Shown piece by piece: positions 18,069-28,300 of a DNA stretch of 64,000 nt. Under the pieces are notes generated by a model. That model did not search any database and was not told the DNA's origin. It was given only the letters and a program-made list of their open reading frames with translations. The stretch lies in NCBI GenBank assembly GCA_964621525.1, contig CAZUMS010000003.1, forward strand, positions 37,129 to 101,128, written 5' to 3'. The first letter of the stretch is position 1. Each line of letters starts with the position of its first letter. Source of the stretch: an uncultured bacterium. GTDB taxonomy: Bacteria > JAGRBM01 > JAHCIT01. Position numbers and translations under genes: made by a program.

Positions 18069-18113
18069 AACACCCGGGGGCGGCGCCTTTTAATCGGCGC
18101 CGCCCCCGGTGTG
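18069..18113. terminator. bidirectional Rho-independent terminator (17-bp GC stem)
   Basis: cacccgggggcggcgcc-ttttaat-cggcgccgcccccggtg, flanked by tttaaaa and tgttctg; lies between the convergent BVMO and receiver genes. Confidence 0.75.
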
Positions 18114-18172
18114 TTCTGAGGAGGAGGGGAGAGAAGAGAAAGGACGTCAGGGACTCTTTGAAAATCTTCCGG

Positions 18173-18508
18173 TCAATGGACTGCGGCCAGCACGGTCCGG
18201 AGGCGGTCCGACAGGCGGGTCCCGCTTGGCAGCACGCCGGCGGCCCTGGACGGCGAAGCCTCGAATGCCTCGTCGTCCGCGCCCACTACAATCACATGGG
18301 TACGCTCGGCCAGCGCCTCGACCGTCTCCGAATCGATTCTGGCGTTCTCGACCATGACCCAGTCGTAGGTCCGCCGCCGCACGGCATCGAGCACTCCGCC
18401 GTCGTTCCCATCACGAAGCGAATCGATGCAGACCTGTCCGTAGAGCAGCACCTGGAGCGCCGCCACCACACTGGGATCCGAGCCCGCGATCAGCCCTCGT
18501 TTCATCAC
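18173..18508 (-). CDS. stand-alone receiver (CheY-like) domain protein, possibly degenerate
   Basis: 111 aa; LIAGSDPS...YDWVMVE...HVIVVGAD resembles a REC fold, but the acidic pocket is not clearly canonical. Confidence 0.35.
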   Translation of the reverse strand: MMKRGLIAGSDPSVVAALQVLLYGQVCIDSLRDGNDGGVLDAVRRRTYDWVMVENARIDSETVEALAERTHVIVVGADDEAFEASPSRAAGVLPSGTRLSDRLRTVLAAVH

Positions 18509-19049
18509 GACTGTCTCCTTGCCGGGACCGGCAGCGCGTTTCTATAACTGCTCCACTGCCGTTCTCTGCCCTAACAAATACACAACTCGTGCCAGAAAAC
18601 CGCCGCGCGGGTTAAATGTGGATAACGGAGAAAACCCTTCTGGTAACAGCCGCTTACCGGGCCTGCGTCAATACGCCTGTTTACCTGTATCTTTTTGGTG
18701 TGAGCGTTGCCCCGTGCCCGGATCACAGGGTGTAATCCTGCGCAGACACCTGTCTGCAAACGGCACGCAAGCGTTGCGGGGTCTTGTGAATCTCCGCTCA
18801 CAGTTGTTGACAAGGGTCCACCCCCTGCTGGGCGGCAAAACGTGCGTCAGGTCACATGTAACCTGTTGAAATCCAAGGCTTATCAGCCCCCAACAAACGT
18901 GACTTGCATCGCTTCACATGGGAATTTTGGAGTGGTATGGTATTTGGGCTTCCGGGGGGACGCCGATTCAACCGATATAGTGCGACCTGCCGGAACCGCT
19001 GGCTGCGGGCCAGTGGTGGACTTTTATGTTCACGGGAGAAGAAGCCGTC
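18509..19049. promoter_or_regulatory. 540-bp reduced-GC divergent intergenic region with inverted repeats
   Basis: TGTGAatctccgcTCACA (~18786-18804), gtcacatgtaac near-palindrome (~18851), GTGACttgcatcgctTCAC (~18903), tggtatggtat direct repeat; GC visibly below the window average. Confidence 0.4.
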
Positions 19050-21023
19050 ATGAAGATAAAGCACAGTCGCTCGATCTGGAAAACCGTCGCGCTTTCAGCC
19101 GCCGCCCTGCTTGTTGCGGCGGGCTGCGAATCTCCCCAGGAGTCCGGCACCGCCCAGGTTCCGATCAACGTCCTCCTGAAACCAGCGGGCATATCTGCCG
19201 CCGCGCTGTCGCCGACCGTGAATGATCTCTGTGAAAGCGCCGCACTTCCTGAATATGTGCGGTTCCGGTTCACCGACGTCAATGGCGAACAGGCGCTCGA
19301 GCGCTACTACGAAGGGCTCCTCACCGAAGAGGATCTGGCCAATACCGGCGGCTTCGTGAAAACTCCCGATGATCTCCCGTACCGCGAGATCGTCTATGTG
19401 AATCCCTATATTGACCCCCTCCCCTACGAAGGTAATGCCGAGGTGGTGGGCAGCCTTTTTGAGCAATCTTCTTCCGGCCTCTCGGGTGTCTTCCTGTTGC
19501 CCAAAACCCGCCTCCGTATCGAGTTCACCGCCTGGACCCGTCCGGCCATTGAGGACGGTATTTATTCCGTGACGCCGCAGTTCTGTCAGGGCGAGACCGA
19601 TATCGAGATTACCGGCGATGACGAAGTGACTATCGAGGGCAATCGCGCGGAAACCGCCGAGGTCGATGTGAGCGTCCGGATGAACGGCAACACCGATGGC
19701 CCGGCCCCGTTCGCCTATTTCGCCCTTGTGGATTTCGATACCGGTTACGGTTTCCCTGTTCGCACGATCGCCGACGACGAGTTCGTGGACCCCTACAGCA
19801 ATTTTTCGGTGGACAACGCGAACGTGATCCCGGAAGTCCCGGTGGGTCGCGACTATACATTCGTCGCCTGGCATCCGGGCCGCTATCCGTACGGCGGCAA
19901 CGGCGGCTTCATCACGGAGATCCAGAACACCGGCAAATACGAGGTGGATGAGATCGATGACCTGACCACCGAAGGCGGCAGCGCCTCGGTGAACATCAAC
20001 CTGTCGCAGGACCAGCCGCTCATTTTCTTCGGAATTGATGAAGATGCACCTAGAGGGATTCCAACAGTTGCAATTTCCGCCGATGATCGCTCGAAAAGCG
20101 CTTCGGACGAGGCCGAGAGGGCCGAAAAGTTCAAGGGTGCCCTCGATGTCATCGGCGCCATCAAGATCTGCAATCTCGCCGACGGTGACGAATACAACGC
20201 TGGCTACTCTATCAATGACTATGACTGTGCTACTGGCAATTTGGCAGAGCCCATGCTGACGCCGCCCGAAATGGCTTTTGTCAGCGGCGCTTACGGCTAT
20301 GAATATAGCTCCAATTCCGGGTTCGCCCTCGAACGGACCGAGGCGCTCGCCGATAAGGACTTCTTTATATCAGAAGAAGGACTGACCATTACGGCCAATG
20401 CAACCTATGGGTATGTGTCTATACCAGTGCCTGATCCCGACCGTTCCTCGGGCCGCGGCCTCGACACCAACGTCATTCAGCCGGACTGGGGTGTGGGCCT
20501 TGCACGGTCGTTCTGTGTCTATACCAAGTACGTTGCCGGCATTGAGGCGAAGTTCACCTCCGCCCGCCTGTTCGACGATCCTTCCAGCAAGATCTCCGAG
20601 GCGAACCTGTACCAGTCCCAGGATTCCGCCGTGAAGAACGGTCTCTGCCGCGCCGACAGCGAAAGCGCCACGATCCTGAACCCCGGCATCTCGCTCCGGA
20701 ACGGTGTCTTCTTCCAGACCCGCCGGAACCTGGCCCCGGCGAACTTCACCGGCACGTTCAATAACAACGATTCCAATAATTTCGGCTTCACTGTTCCGCC
20801 GGGCTTCGACGTCATCATCGTACCCGAGCCCGGCGACGGCCAGCGGCCACACTTCGACCCCCCCGCCATCTTCTGCGATGACGGGGCCTGCTTCGGCGAA
20901 GCCCTGTGTAGTTTTGCCGCTGGCCAGGAAATGCGCGCCTACAGCGTGGGCCCGAACGAGGTCCCATCGCTTGAGTTCCTTTCCCTGACAGTGGGCGTGG
21001 GCTCGGAAGACGCCTGTTTCTGA
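19050..21023 (+). CDS. acidic Cys-containing lipoprotein of unknown function (657 aa)
   Basis: MKIKHSRSIWKTVALSAAALLVAAGC lipobox; SD gggagaagaag; D/E/N/Y-rich; codon usage and GC (~55%) lower than neighbours. Confidence 0.7.
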   Translation: MKIKHSRSIWKTVALSAAALLVAAGCESPQESGTAQVPINVLLKPAGISAAALSPTVNDLCESAALPEYVRFRFTDVNGEQALERYYEGLLTEEDLANTGGFVKTPDDLPYREIVYVNPYIDPLPYEGNAEVVGSLFEQSSSGLSGVFLLPKTRLRIEFTAWTRPAIEDGIYSVTPQFCQGETDIEITGDDEVTIEGNRAETAEVDVSVRMNGNTDGPAPFAYFALVDFDTGYGFPVRTIADDEFVDPYSNFSVDNANVIPEVPVGRDYTFVAWHPGRYPYGGNGGFITEIQNTGKYEVDEIDDLTTEGGSASVNINLSQDQPLIFFGIDEDAPRGIPTVAISADDRSKSASDEAERAEKFKGALDVIGAIKICNLADGDEYNAGYSINDYDCATGNLAEPMLTPPEMAFVSGAYGYEYSSNSGFALERTEALADKDFFISEEGLTITANATYGYVSIPVPDPDRSSGRGLDTNVIQPDWGVGLARSFCVYTKYVAGIEAKFTSARLFDDPSSKISEANLYQSQDSAVKNGLCRADSESATILNPGISLRNGVFFQTRRNLAPANFTGTFNNNDSNNFGFTVPPGFDVIIVPEPGDGQRPHFDPPAIFCDDGACFGEALCSFAAGQEMRAYSVGPNEVPSLEFLSLTVGVGSEDACF

Positions 21024-21165
21024 CGCCGCCGTCCTGATTCAGCCGGAACGGGCTCCCAATGAGGAGCCCGTTCTGTTTCAGGGTCGGCTCCGCCGCGCTT
21101 GATTTCCCCGGTGCGGGCCGGAATCGTCACAGCCTCAGGGCCACAACGCCCGGCGGAGGATACCC

Positions 21166-21657
21166 ATGCCGTCGTTCGACATCGTCAGCGAGATCAACCT
21201 GCAGGAGCTGGACAACGCCCTCAATCAGGCGCGCAAGGAACTTCAGCAGCGGTTCGACCTCAAGGACTCAGGCAGCGAGATCGCCGACGATATGAAGGAA
21301 AAGGTCATCACCATTTCCTCGGGCAGCGATTTTACGCTGAAACAGGTGACCGGCATCCTGGAGAACAAGCTCGCCAAGCGGAGTGTGCCGATCCAGAACT
21401 TCGAGTACCTTCCGGTAGAGAAGGCGGCCGGCTCCAGCGTGCGCCAGAAGATCCGCGTGAAAACCGGTATCGACAAGGAGCCTGCCAAGGAGATCGTGAA
21501 GGCCGTGAAGGATTCGGGCCTCAAGCTGCAGGCCTCGATCATGGACAACCAGGTTCGCGTCACCGGGAAAAAGCGGGACGACCTGCAGGAATGCATCGCG
21601 CTGCTCAAGGGAAAGCCGTTCGGCCTTGCCCTCCAGTTCACGAACTTCAGGGAGTGA
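21166..21657 (+). CDS. yajQ: YajQ family nucleotide-binding protein (UPF0234)
   Basis: 163 aa MPSFDIVSEINLQELDNALNQARKELQQRFDLKD... typical YajQ. Confidence 0.85.
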   Translation: MPSFDIVSEINLQELDNALNQARKELQQRFDLKDSGSEIADDMKEKVITISSGSDFTLKQVTGILENKLAKRSVPIQNFEYLPVEKAAGSSVRQKIRVKTGIDKEPAKEIVKAVKDSGLKLQASIMDNQVRVTGKKRDDLQECIALLKGKPFGLALQFTNFRE

Positions 21658-21660
21658 TCC

Positions 21661-22890
21661 TTGCCGCTGTTCGCCACGGGCCAGCCCGCCCGAATCGTTA
21701 TCGCCGGGGGGGGCTACGCCGGACTCCATGCGGCGGCGGGGCTTGCTGCGCGCCTCGATCCCGGCCGGGCCCGGCTTACGGTCGTGCAGCCGGGTCTGCG
21801 CTTCGTGGACATCTGCCGCCTGCATGAGGCGGCCCTCGATCCTGTCAGCATTTCCTATTCTCTTCAGGATATCCTGGGCCGCCTGCCGGTGGACCTGATC
21901 GACGGCTCGGTTCAGGAAGTGGACCGGAGCCGCCATACGCTCACGCTGGATGCTTACGGGCACCCGGCCGACCTCCCGTGGGACTATCTGGTGCTGGCCG
22001 GGGGATCGGGGCCCGCCGATTTCGGAATCCCCGGCGTCCGCGAACACGCCCTCCCGCTGAAAACGGCCGACGACGCCGAACGGATCCGGGCGCAGCTCGC
22101 CGAGGTCCGCCGGCTCGGCCCGTCGGCCACCGCCGTTGTCGCGGGAGCAGGACTCACGGGCGTCGAAATGGCGTCGGAGATCGCCGCCCGCTGGAACCGG
22201 ATTCCGGTCCGCCGGAGACCCCAGGTAATCCTTGTGGATACCGCCGCGCGGCTTCTGCCCCTGAGCCATGAGGATGCGGCGGATTACTCGCACCAGTGGT
22301 TCCGCAGGAACGGTGTCCGGATCCGGCTTTCCTCGCCCATCGCGGCGGTGGAGAAAGACCGGCTCGTCTTCCGCGACGGCAGCGCCCAGCCGGCCGAAGC
22401 CATAATCTGGTGCGCGGGAATCCGGGTGCCGCCCATGACGGGCCTGGAAGATCTTTACACGGGACCTGGCGGCCGAATCCCAGTCTCGGAGACACTCGAA
22501 ACTGCTTCCCCCGGCATCTTCGCCATCGGCGATCAGGCGGCTCTCGCAGGCCGCGATGGAACGCCCGTCCCTCCGAGGGCCATGTACGCCTGCCAGATGG
22601 GAGACAGCCTCGCCGGAATCCTCTCAGCCCGGCTCCGGGGAAAATCCCCGCGTCCCTTCCGCCCGCAGGATCAGGGCGAGCTGCTCTCTCTTGGGCGGCT
22701 GGACGGAGCCGGTTACGTGCGGGCCGGATCGCGCCGGATTCCGGTTTACGGCAAGGCCGCTGCAGCGATGAAGGCGGCTTCGCTCCAGGCGCATCTCTTC
22801 CGTCTCATGGGCGAGCTCCGCCGCCCCATCCTGCCCGAGGGTTCGCTGATCGGCGATGTCCTCGGACGCCTGCGGGGCGGAACCCGCTGA
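21661..22890 (+). CDS. FAD/NAD(P)-binding oxidoreductase, type II NADH dehydrogenase (NDH-2)-like
   Basis: TTG start; IVIAGGGYAG and VVAGAGLTGVEMASEIA dinucleotide-binding motifs; 409 aa. Confidence 0.65.
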   Translation: MPLFATGQPARIVIAGGGYAGLHAAAGLAARLDPGRARLTVVQPGLRFVDICRLHEAALDPVSISYSLQDILGRLPVDLIDGSVQEVDRSRHTLTLDAYGHPADLPWDYLVLAGGSGPADFGIPGVREHALPLKTADDAERIRAQLAEVRRLGPSATAVVAGAGLTGVEMASEIAARWNRIPVRRRPQVILVDTAARLLPLSHEDAADYSHQWFRRNGVRIRLSSPIAAVEKDRLVFRDGSAQPAEAIIWCAGIRVPPMTGLEDLYTGPGGRIPVSETLETASPGIFAIGDQAALAGRDGTPVPPRAMYACQMGDSLAGILSARLRGKSPRPFRPQDQGELLSLGRLDGAGYVRAGSRRIPVYGKAAAAMKAASLQAHLFRLMGELRRPILPEGSLIGDVLGRLRGGTR

Positions 22891-23564
22891 TGGACCGGCC
22901 TTACACGAACGCGATTCTCGCTGTGAGCCTGGACGGCAAGATCACGACTGCCGAAGGCGGCCCGCCGCGCTTCGCCTCAAAAACCGACAAACGTCATCTC
23001 ATGGAGCAGCGGGCGCGGGCGGACGCGGTGCTCCTGGGCGGCGCGAGCGTCCGGAACGAAAATCCCCGGCTTGTCGTGGGAAAACGCTTCGAGACCGAAC
23101 GCCGACGCCGGGGCCAGTCCCTTCAGCCGATGGTGGCGGTGGTGAGCGCGAGCGGCAACCTCGGGCCGGACCCGAGGTTTCTCCAGACTCAAGGTGAAGT
23201 CCGCCTCTATACGTCCACGCAGAGCCGCGGCCCCCGCAACCATCTGCCCGGCCTGGAAGTGATCCGGATGCCCGCCGGAAAAGACGGGGAACTCCCGCTC
23301 GGCCGGATCGTCGCCGGCCTCTGGAACTCGGGCGTACGGAAACTCCAGTGCGAGGGCGGCGGGGAACTTGTCCAGCGGATGCTCCGCCTCGATCTCATCG
23401 ACGAGCTTTCGCTCACGATCTGCCCGGTAGTCATCGGCGGCCGCACGACGCCGTCGGCTGCCGGTGGTTCGGGTTTCAGCCTCGCGGAGATCGCGCGGTT
23501 CGGCCTCGTATCGGTCCGCCGGACGGGTAATGAGCTGTATACGGTTTACCGCCGGAACAGATGA
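22890..23564 (+). CDS. RibD C-terminal domain / dihydrofolate-reductase-like reductase
   Basis: 224 aa MDRPYTNAILAVSLDGKITTAEG...KTDKRHLMEQRARADAVLLGGASVRNENPRL...GGGELVQRMLRLDLIDELSLTICPVVIGG; TGATG overlap with the upstream gene. Confidence 0.75.
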   Translation: MDRPYTNAILAVSLDGKITTAEGGPPRFASKTDKRHLMEQRARADAVLLGGASVRNENPRLVVGKRFETERRRRGQSLQPMVAVVSASGNLGPDPRFLQTQGEVRLYTSTQSRGPRNHLPGLEVIRMPAGKDGELPLGRIVAGLWNSGVRKLQCEGGGELVQRMLRLDLIDELSLTICPVVIGGRTTPSAAGGSGFSLAEIARFGLVSVRRTGNELYTVYRRNR

Positions 23565-23577
23565 CGGACCGGGATGC

Positions 23578-24516
23578 TCAGTGGGCCCGTTCGACCACGT
23601 ACCGCGCCAGCGCCCTTAAAGGATCGGCGCGGCGGTCGAATTTTTTCAGCGAGGCTACCGCCCGTTCCGCCGTGTCACGGGCGGCTTTCCGGGAACCTTC
23701 GATGCCGAGCAGCGCCGGAAAAGTCATCTTCTTCTCGGCGAGGTCGCTCTTGGCGGTCTTGCCGAGCGTCTTCTCGTCGGCGGTGAGATCCAGCACATCG
23801 TCCTGGATCTGGAACGCGAGGCCGATCAGGCGTCCGTAGTTGGCGAGCGCCTTCCGCTGGGCGCTCGGCGCACCGCAGAGAATCGCCCCGCCCTCGACCG
23901 AGGCGGCGATCAGCGCGCCTGTTTTGCAGAGGTGCAGCCGCTCGAGCTCCGAACGGGTGAGGCGCTTGCCCTCGGCGGCGAGATCCAGGGCCTGCCCGCG
24001 GATCATTCCCTTGTAGCCGGCCGCTTCCGCCAGCACGTTGGTGAACTCCAGCACGAGAGCGGGCGGCACGCGGCGGCGGTTGCTCGAATTTGAGCAGATG
24101 GCAAAGGCGTCCGTCAGGAGTCCGTCGCCCGCGAGAATCGCCACGGCCTCGCCGAAAACGACGTGATTGGTCGGCCGTCCACGGCGCAGGTCGTCGTCGT
24201 CCATGGCGGGCAGGTCGTCGTGAACCAGCGAATAGGTATGAACAAGCTCGATGGCACAGGCGAACGGCAGCACGGCGTCGGAGCTCCCACCCACCGCTTC
24301 GGCGGCGGCCAGGGCGAGCACCGGCCGGAGCCGCTTGCCGCCGGCCAGCAGGCTGTAGCGCATGGCCTTGCCGATCTGGGCGTCGGCGGGCATCTCCCGG
24401 GGTGCATGACGCCGGAGTGCGGCTTCCACCCGGCGGGCCTGCCGCTTGAGGTATGCCTCGAACGTCTCACCGTTCAGAAACCCGCCGGAGGGCCGGCTAC
24501 CGGTTTTTCTGGTCAC
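23578..24516 (-). CDS. ispA: (2E,6E)-farnesyl diphosphate synthase / geranyltranstransferase
   Basis: 312 aa; GGKRLRP, first DDLPAMDDDDLRRG, second QIQDDVLD; classic xseB-ispA pairing. Confidence 0.9.
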   Translation of the reverse strand: MTRKTGSRPSGGFLNGETFEAYLKRQARRVEAALRRHAPREMPADAQIGKAMRYSLLAGGKRLRPVLALAAAEAVGGSSDAVLPFACAIELVHTYSLVHDDLPAMDDDDLRRGRPTNHVVFGEAVAILAGDGLLTDAFAICSNSSNRRRVPPALVLEFTNVLAEAAGYKGMIRGQALDLAAEGKRLTRSELERLHLCKTGALIAASVEGGAILCGAPSAQRKALANYGRLIGLAFQIQDDVLDLTADEKTLGKTAKSDLAEKKMTFPALLGIEGSRKAARDTAERAVASLKKFDRRADPLRALARYVVERAH

Positions 24517-24902
24517 TGCCGGTCATCCTCTTCTTCGTCGCCGTCACCGGCGTCGTCTCCAAAATCTTCATCATCGTCTTCGCCGCTGTCCCCGCGGATC
24601 GAGCCGCCGGACAGGATCTTTCCGGCATCGAGCGAGCGTTTCTCCACTTCCGTGCGGCTCTTGCGGACCAGCAGTTCCACGCGCTTTTCGGCCGTTTCCA
24701 GCCGGTCCAGCAGGGACTTGGAGAGTCCCATGCCTTCCTCGAACAGGCCGATCGCCTCTTCGAGCCGGAGGTCCTCGCCCTCCATCCGTTCGACCAGGAG
24801 TTCGAGCCGCCGGAGCTGGTCTTCGAACCCCTCGCTGCCGTCGCCGCTGGAAGCCCCGGCAGGGGATGTCCGGGCGTCTTTCTTGCGGCGGGATGAACTC
24901 AC
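24513..24902 (-). CDS. xseB: exodeoxyribonuclease VII small subunit with acidic C-terminal tail
   Basis: FEDQLRRLELLVERMEGEDLRLEEAIGLFEEGMGLSKSLLDRLETAEKRVELLV; GTG start inferred 58 codons into the track ORF; ATGA overlap with ispA. Confidence 0.7.
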   Translation of the reverse strand: MSSSRRKKDARTSPAGASSGDGSEGFEDQLRRLELLVERMEGEDLRLEEAIGLFEEGMGLSKSLLDRLETAEKRVELLVRKSRTEVEKRSLDAGKILSGGSIRGDSGEDDDEDFGDDAGDGDEEEDDRQ

Positions 24903-25322
24903 GAGAGGGGTACCACCTTGCGCGGAGACGCCATCTCTGAAGGCTGGGGCTTCCGCGAAAGCGCCCAAGCTATAGTCCCCCTCCCCGGCGGTCAAGATCG
25001 GATCCGGGCGCGGACAACGCCGGTTCCGCCCGAACCGGACCCGTGCTCTTTCACGGGAAAACGGCGCGATCTGCATACCACCTTCAGCCGATTTCCCGAT
25101 TAGTTACCGGGACTTGCAACGCACGCCCGGTTCCGGGTATTCTTCAAGCCGACTCGCAGTTCCAGATTGTTTTCTGTCCCACCTGCGAAACGAGGAGGCC
25201 GTGCGTGAATTCGCCCGGCCGGTCCGGCTGCATCCCGAATGCTGCGGACCCTCTGTAGCGGCCACGCAGGTCTCCCCGGCATACGCAGTCTTTCCGTTCT
25301 GGATGTACACAGGAGTTTTCCC

Positions 25323-28300
25323 GTGCCGAACCGCCGTCTTTCGATTCTGGCCCTCACCCTCGTTGCCGGCCTGCTGGGTTTTTCCCCGGCCCATGCCCTG
25401 AATGTCGAATGGGAGAACGCCTTCGGCAGCCGGGGCGAAGGTTCCGGCCAGTTCAGCACGCCCCTTCACGCCGCCGTCGACGAGAAGGGTAACTATCACG
25501 TCACCGATTCCCGGAACGGCCGGGTCCAGGTGTTCGATCCGAAGGGACTCTATCTGCGTTCCTACGGGCATCTCTCCTCGCCCCGGCTGTCGCGGCCCTC
25601 GGGCATCGCCATCAGCCCGGTCACGAAGCTGATCTTCGTCACCGACACGGACCAGCATCTTCTGTTTGTCTTCAACCCGGACGGAACGCTCAAGGAAACC
25701 CTTGGCGGCAGCGGTTCGGAGCCTGGCTACCTGAGCAGCCCGCAGGGCGTCTCCGTGGGCCGGGGCGGCCGGGTCTACGTCGCAGATACCGGCAACGGCC
25801 GCATTTCCGTGTTCGGCGAGGACGGCCTGTTCCTCGGCGTCTTCGGCCCCGAGACCCGGAACACGGTCGCCACGCTCAAGAAGCCCGTGGATGTCGCCAC
25901 AGACATCGAGGAAACGCTCTACGTCGCCGACGCGGGCCTGAGGGAAGTGGTCATTTTCAGCCGCGAGTGGCGGCGTCTCACCAAGATCGGGCGCGAGCGG
26001 GGGTTCGACACCCCCGCAGCGGTCGCCGCCGATCGCTACGGTAGCGTCGCCATGCTGGACGAGGGCAGCCAGCGGATCTTCCATTTCGCCGCCGGCCAGA
26101 AGCCGCTTCAGACCTTCGGTTCCGAGGGCACCGCGCAGGCCCAGTTCCAGGACGCAGGCGGCCTCCTGTTCGACGAAGTGAACAACCGGTTCGTGGTCGT
26201 GGACGGCGGCAACCAGCGGGTCCAGACCTTCCGGCACCGGAGCCGTGAGGAACAGCAGGAGCTGCCGCCTTACCAGCCCGGTTTCACGCTCGAATACGTT
26301 CGTTCGATCTCCGCCCGCGCTGATGATCTGGATGCGGCTGACGGACGGCTTTATGCCTTGAACCGCGAGGCGAAAGAAATCCGCATCTATTCGGCCGACG
26401 GAGCCGAGCAGGGCCGCATCCCGCTCAAGTGGGGTTCCAAGGACGATACCGACGATCCTTCGCGGATCCTGTTCGCCAGCGACACGGTCTATGTGACCGA
26501 CTCGGGCGCAGGCGACGTGAAGATGTTCGACCCCAAGGGAGTATTCCGCGGACGCATGGGCTCCAAGGGATCGGAACCGGGCAAGCTCCGGGATCCAAAG
26601 GGCATGTTTGCCGATGAACGGTTCATCTATGTGGTCGACCGGGGCAACGACCGGATCTCGCTGTTCAGTCCGAACGGCGGCTTCGTGACCGTGAATCAGG
26701 CGAAAGGATCGGGCGAACTGGATGAGCCCTGGGACGTCGTTACCGACCGTGAAGGGAATCTCTACGTGGCCGATGAAGGCCGCAATCAGGTCATGAAATA
26801 TTCACGAAACAGCCAGTTCCTCAATGCCCTCTGCAAGGAGGGTTACGGGCCGGGGTTTCTCCAAGGCCCCGTCTCCATCGAGATCGACAAGATGGAAGTG
26901 CTCTATGTGCTGGACGAGAACGGAGTTACGGTCGCCGACCGGGAGTGCAAGCCCATCGCCCGCTTCGGAGCCGGAAAGGGCAAGGGCAAGGGCCGCTTCC
27001 AGCTGCCCGGCGGTCTTGCCGTGGATGATTCCCGCGGCGTGCAGATCTACTTTTCGGACCCCGCCAACAATGTGATTCATGTGGTCGCCTACAAGCAGAC
27101 GCCTACGGCGGCCGTGAATTTCAAGGCGGCGCCCGGCAAGACCGGCGCCACCTTCAGCTGGGACGGCCCGCAGGAAGCATTCCGCGAAACCTGGGTGCTC
27201 GAAGGCGCCGTGAAGCCCGACGGCCCGTTCTCGAAGGTCGTCGAAGCGAAGGCATCGCCCGTCACCGTGAACTACCCCGTGGCCGGGGACCCGGTGTATT
27301 TCCGGGTCGTGGCGAGGAGTTTCTCGGGCGTCGAAAGTGCGCCCTCCCTCGTCGTTACGGACGTCTACCGCCAGGCGCAGCTCTATTTCGCGGCCCGGCA
27401 GTACGACGCGGCCCTGACCAAGGCGGACGAATATCTCTCGGGCGTTCCCGATCAGCCGGACGCCCTGCTGCTCAAGGCCCGTACGCTGACAGCCCTCACG
27501 CAGCCGCAACGGGCCGCGGAAATCTACCGTAAGCTGGCCGAAGTGGCGGGTTACGAGGAAACCGCCCTCGAGGAACTGGGCCGCATCCATGCCGCCGAGG
27601 GCAAGTACCGCGAGGCGACCGAGGCCGCGACGAGACTGCTCACAAAGAACGACAAGTCGGTGGCGGGATACAAGCTGCTGGCCGAGGTCGCCCTTGCCTC
27701 GGGCTCGCTCGACGATTCCATCTCACAGTCGGCGCGGGCGCTGGCCATCGCCCCCGACGACACGGGTGCCATGGATCTGCAGGCGAAGGCCTATATCAAG
27801 AAGGGTCTCGGCGACGAGGCGATCCGCATCTATTCAGCCGCGATCAAGATCAACAAGACCGATCCACGCCTCTACGCCGGCATCTCGGCGGCGCTTCTCG
27901 CCACAAACCGGCCCAGCCAGGCGGTTCCCTACCTCCAGTGGGTCGTGAAGACGCAGCCCAAGGAAGTTCCCGCCCGCGCCATGCTCGCCCGGGCGCTTCT
28001 GGCCTCCAAACAGCCAACCCCCGCCGCCGAACAGGCGGAGGAGATCAAGAAACTCGCGCCGGATTCGCCAGAAGGGTACGAACTCGCAGGCTTCGCGGCC
28101 CGTGATCTCGGCAATGCCGGAAAGGCGATCTTCGAGCTCGAGCAGGCGGCCCGCAAGGACCCGCAGAACCCCCGCTACCAGATCCAGCTCGGACTGCTCT
28201 ATCAGCAGAACAACCGTCCGGGAGACGCCAGCCAGGCGTTCCAGAAGGCTATCGCACTCACGCCGAATACGGCCAAGGAACGCCGCGTGCTGGCGGACCA

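Noticed and set aside
21661-21663. Several track ORFs begin at TTG/GTG (for example 21661, 14002, 46393) and could be mis-started
   Set aside because: They are not rejected as genes. Alternative starts are common in high-GC genomes and the downstream domains are intact; only the exact starts are uncertain.
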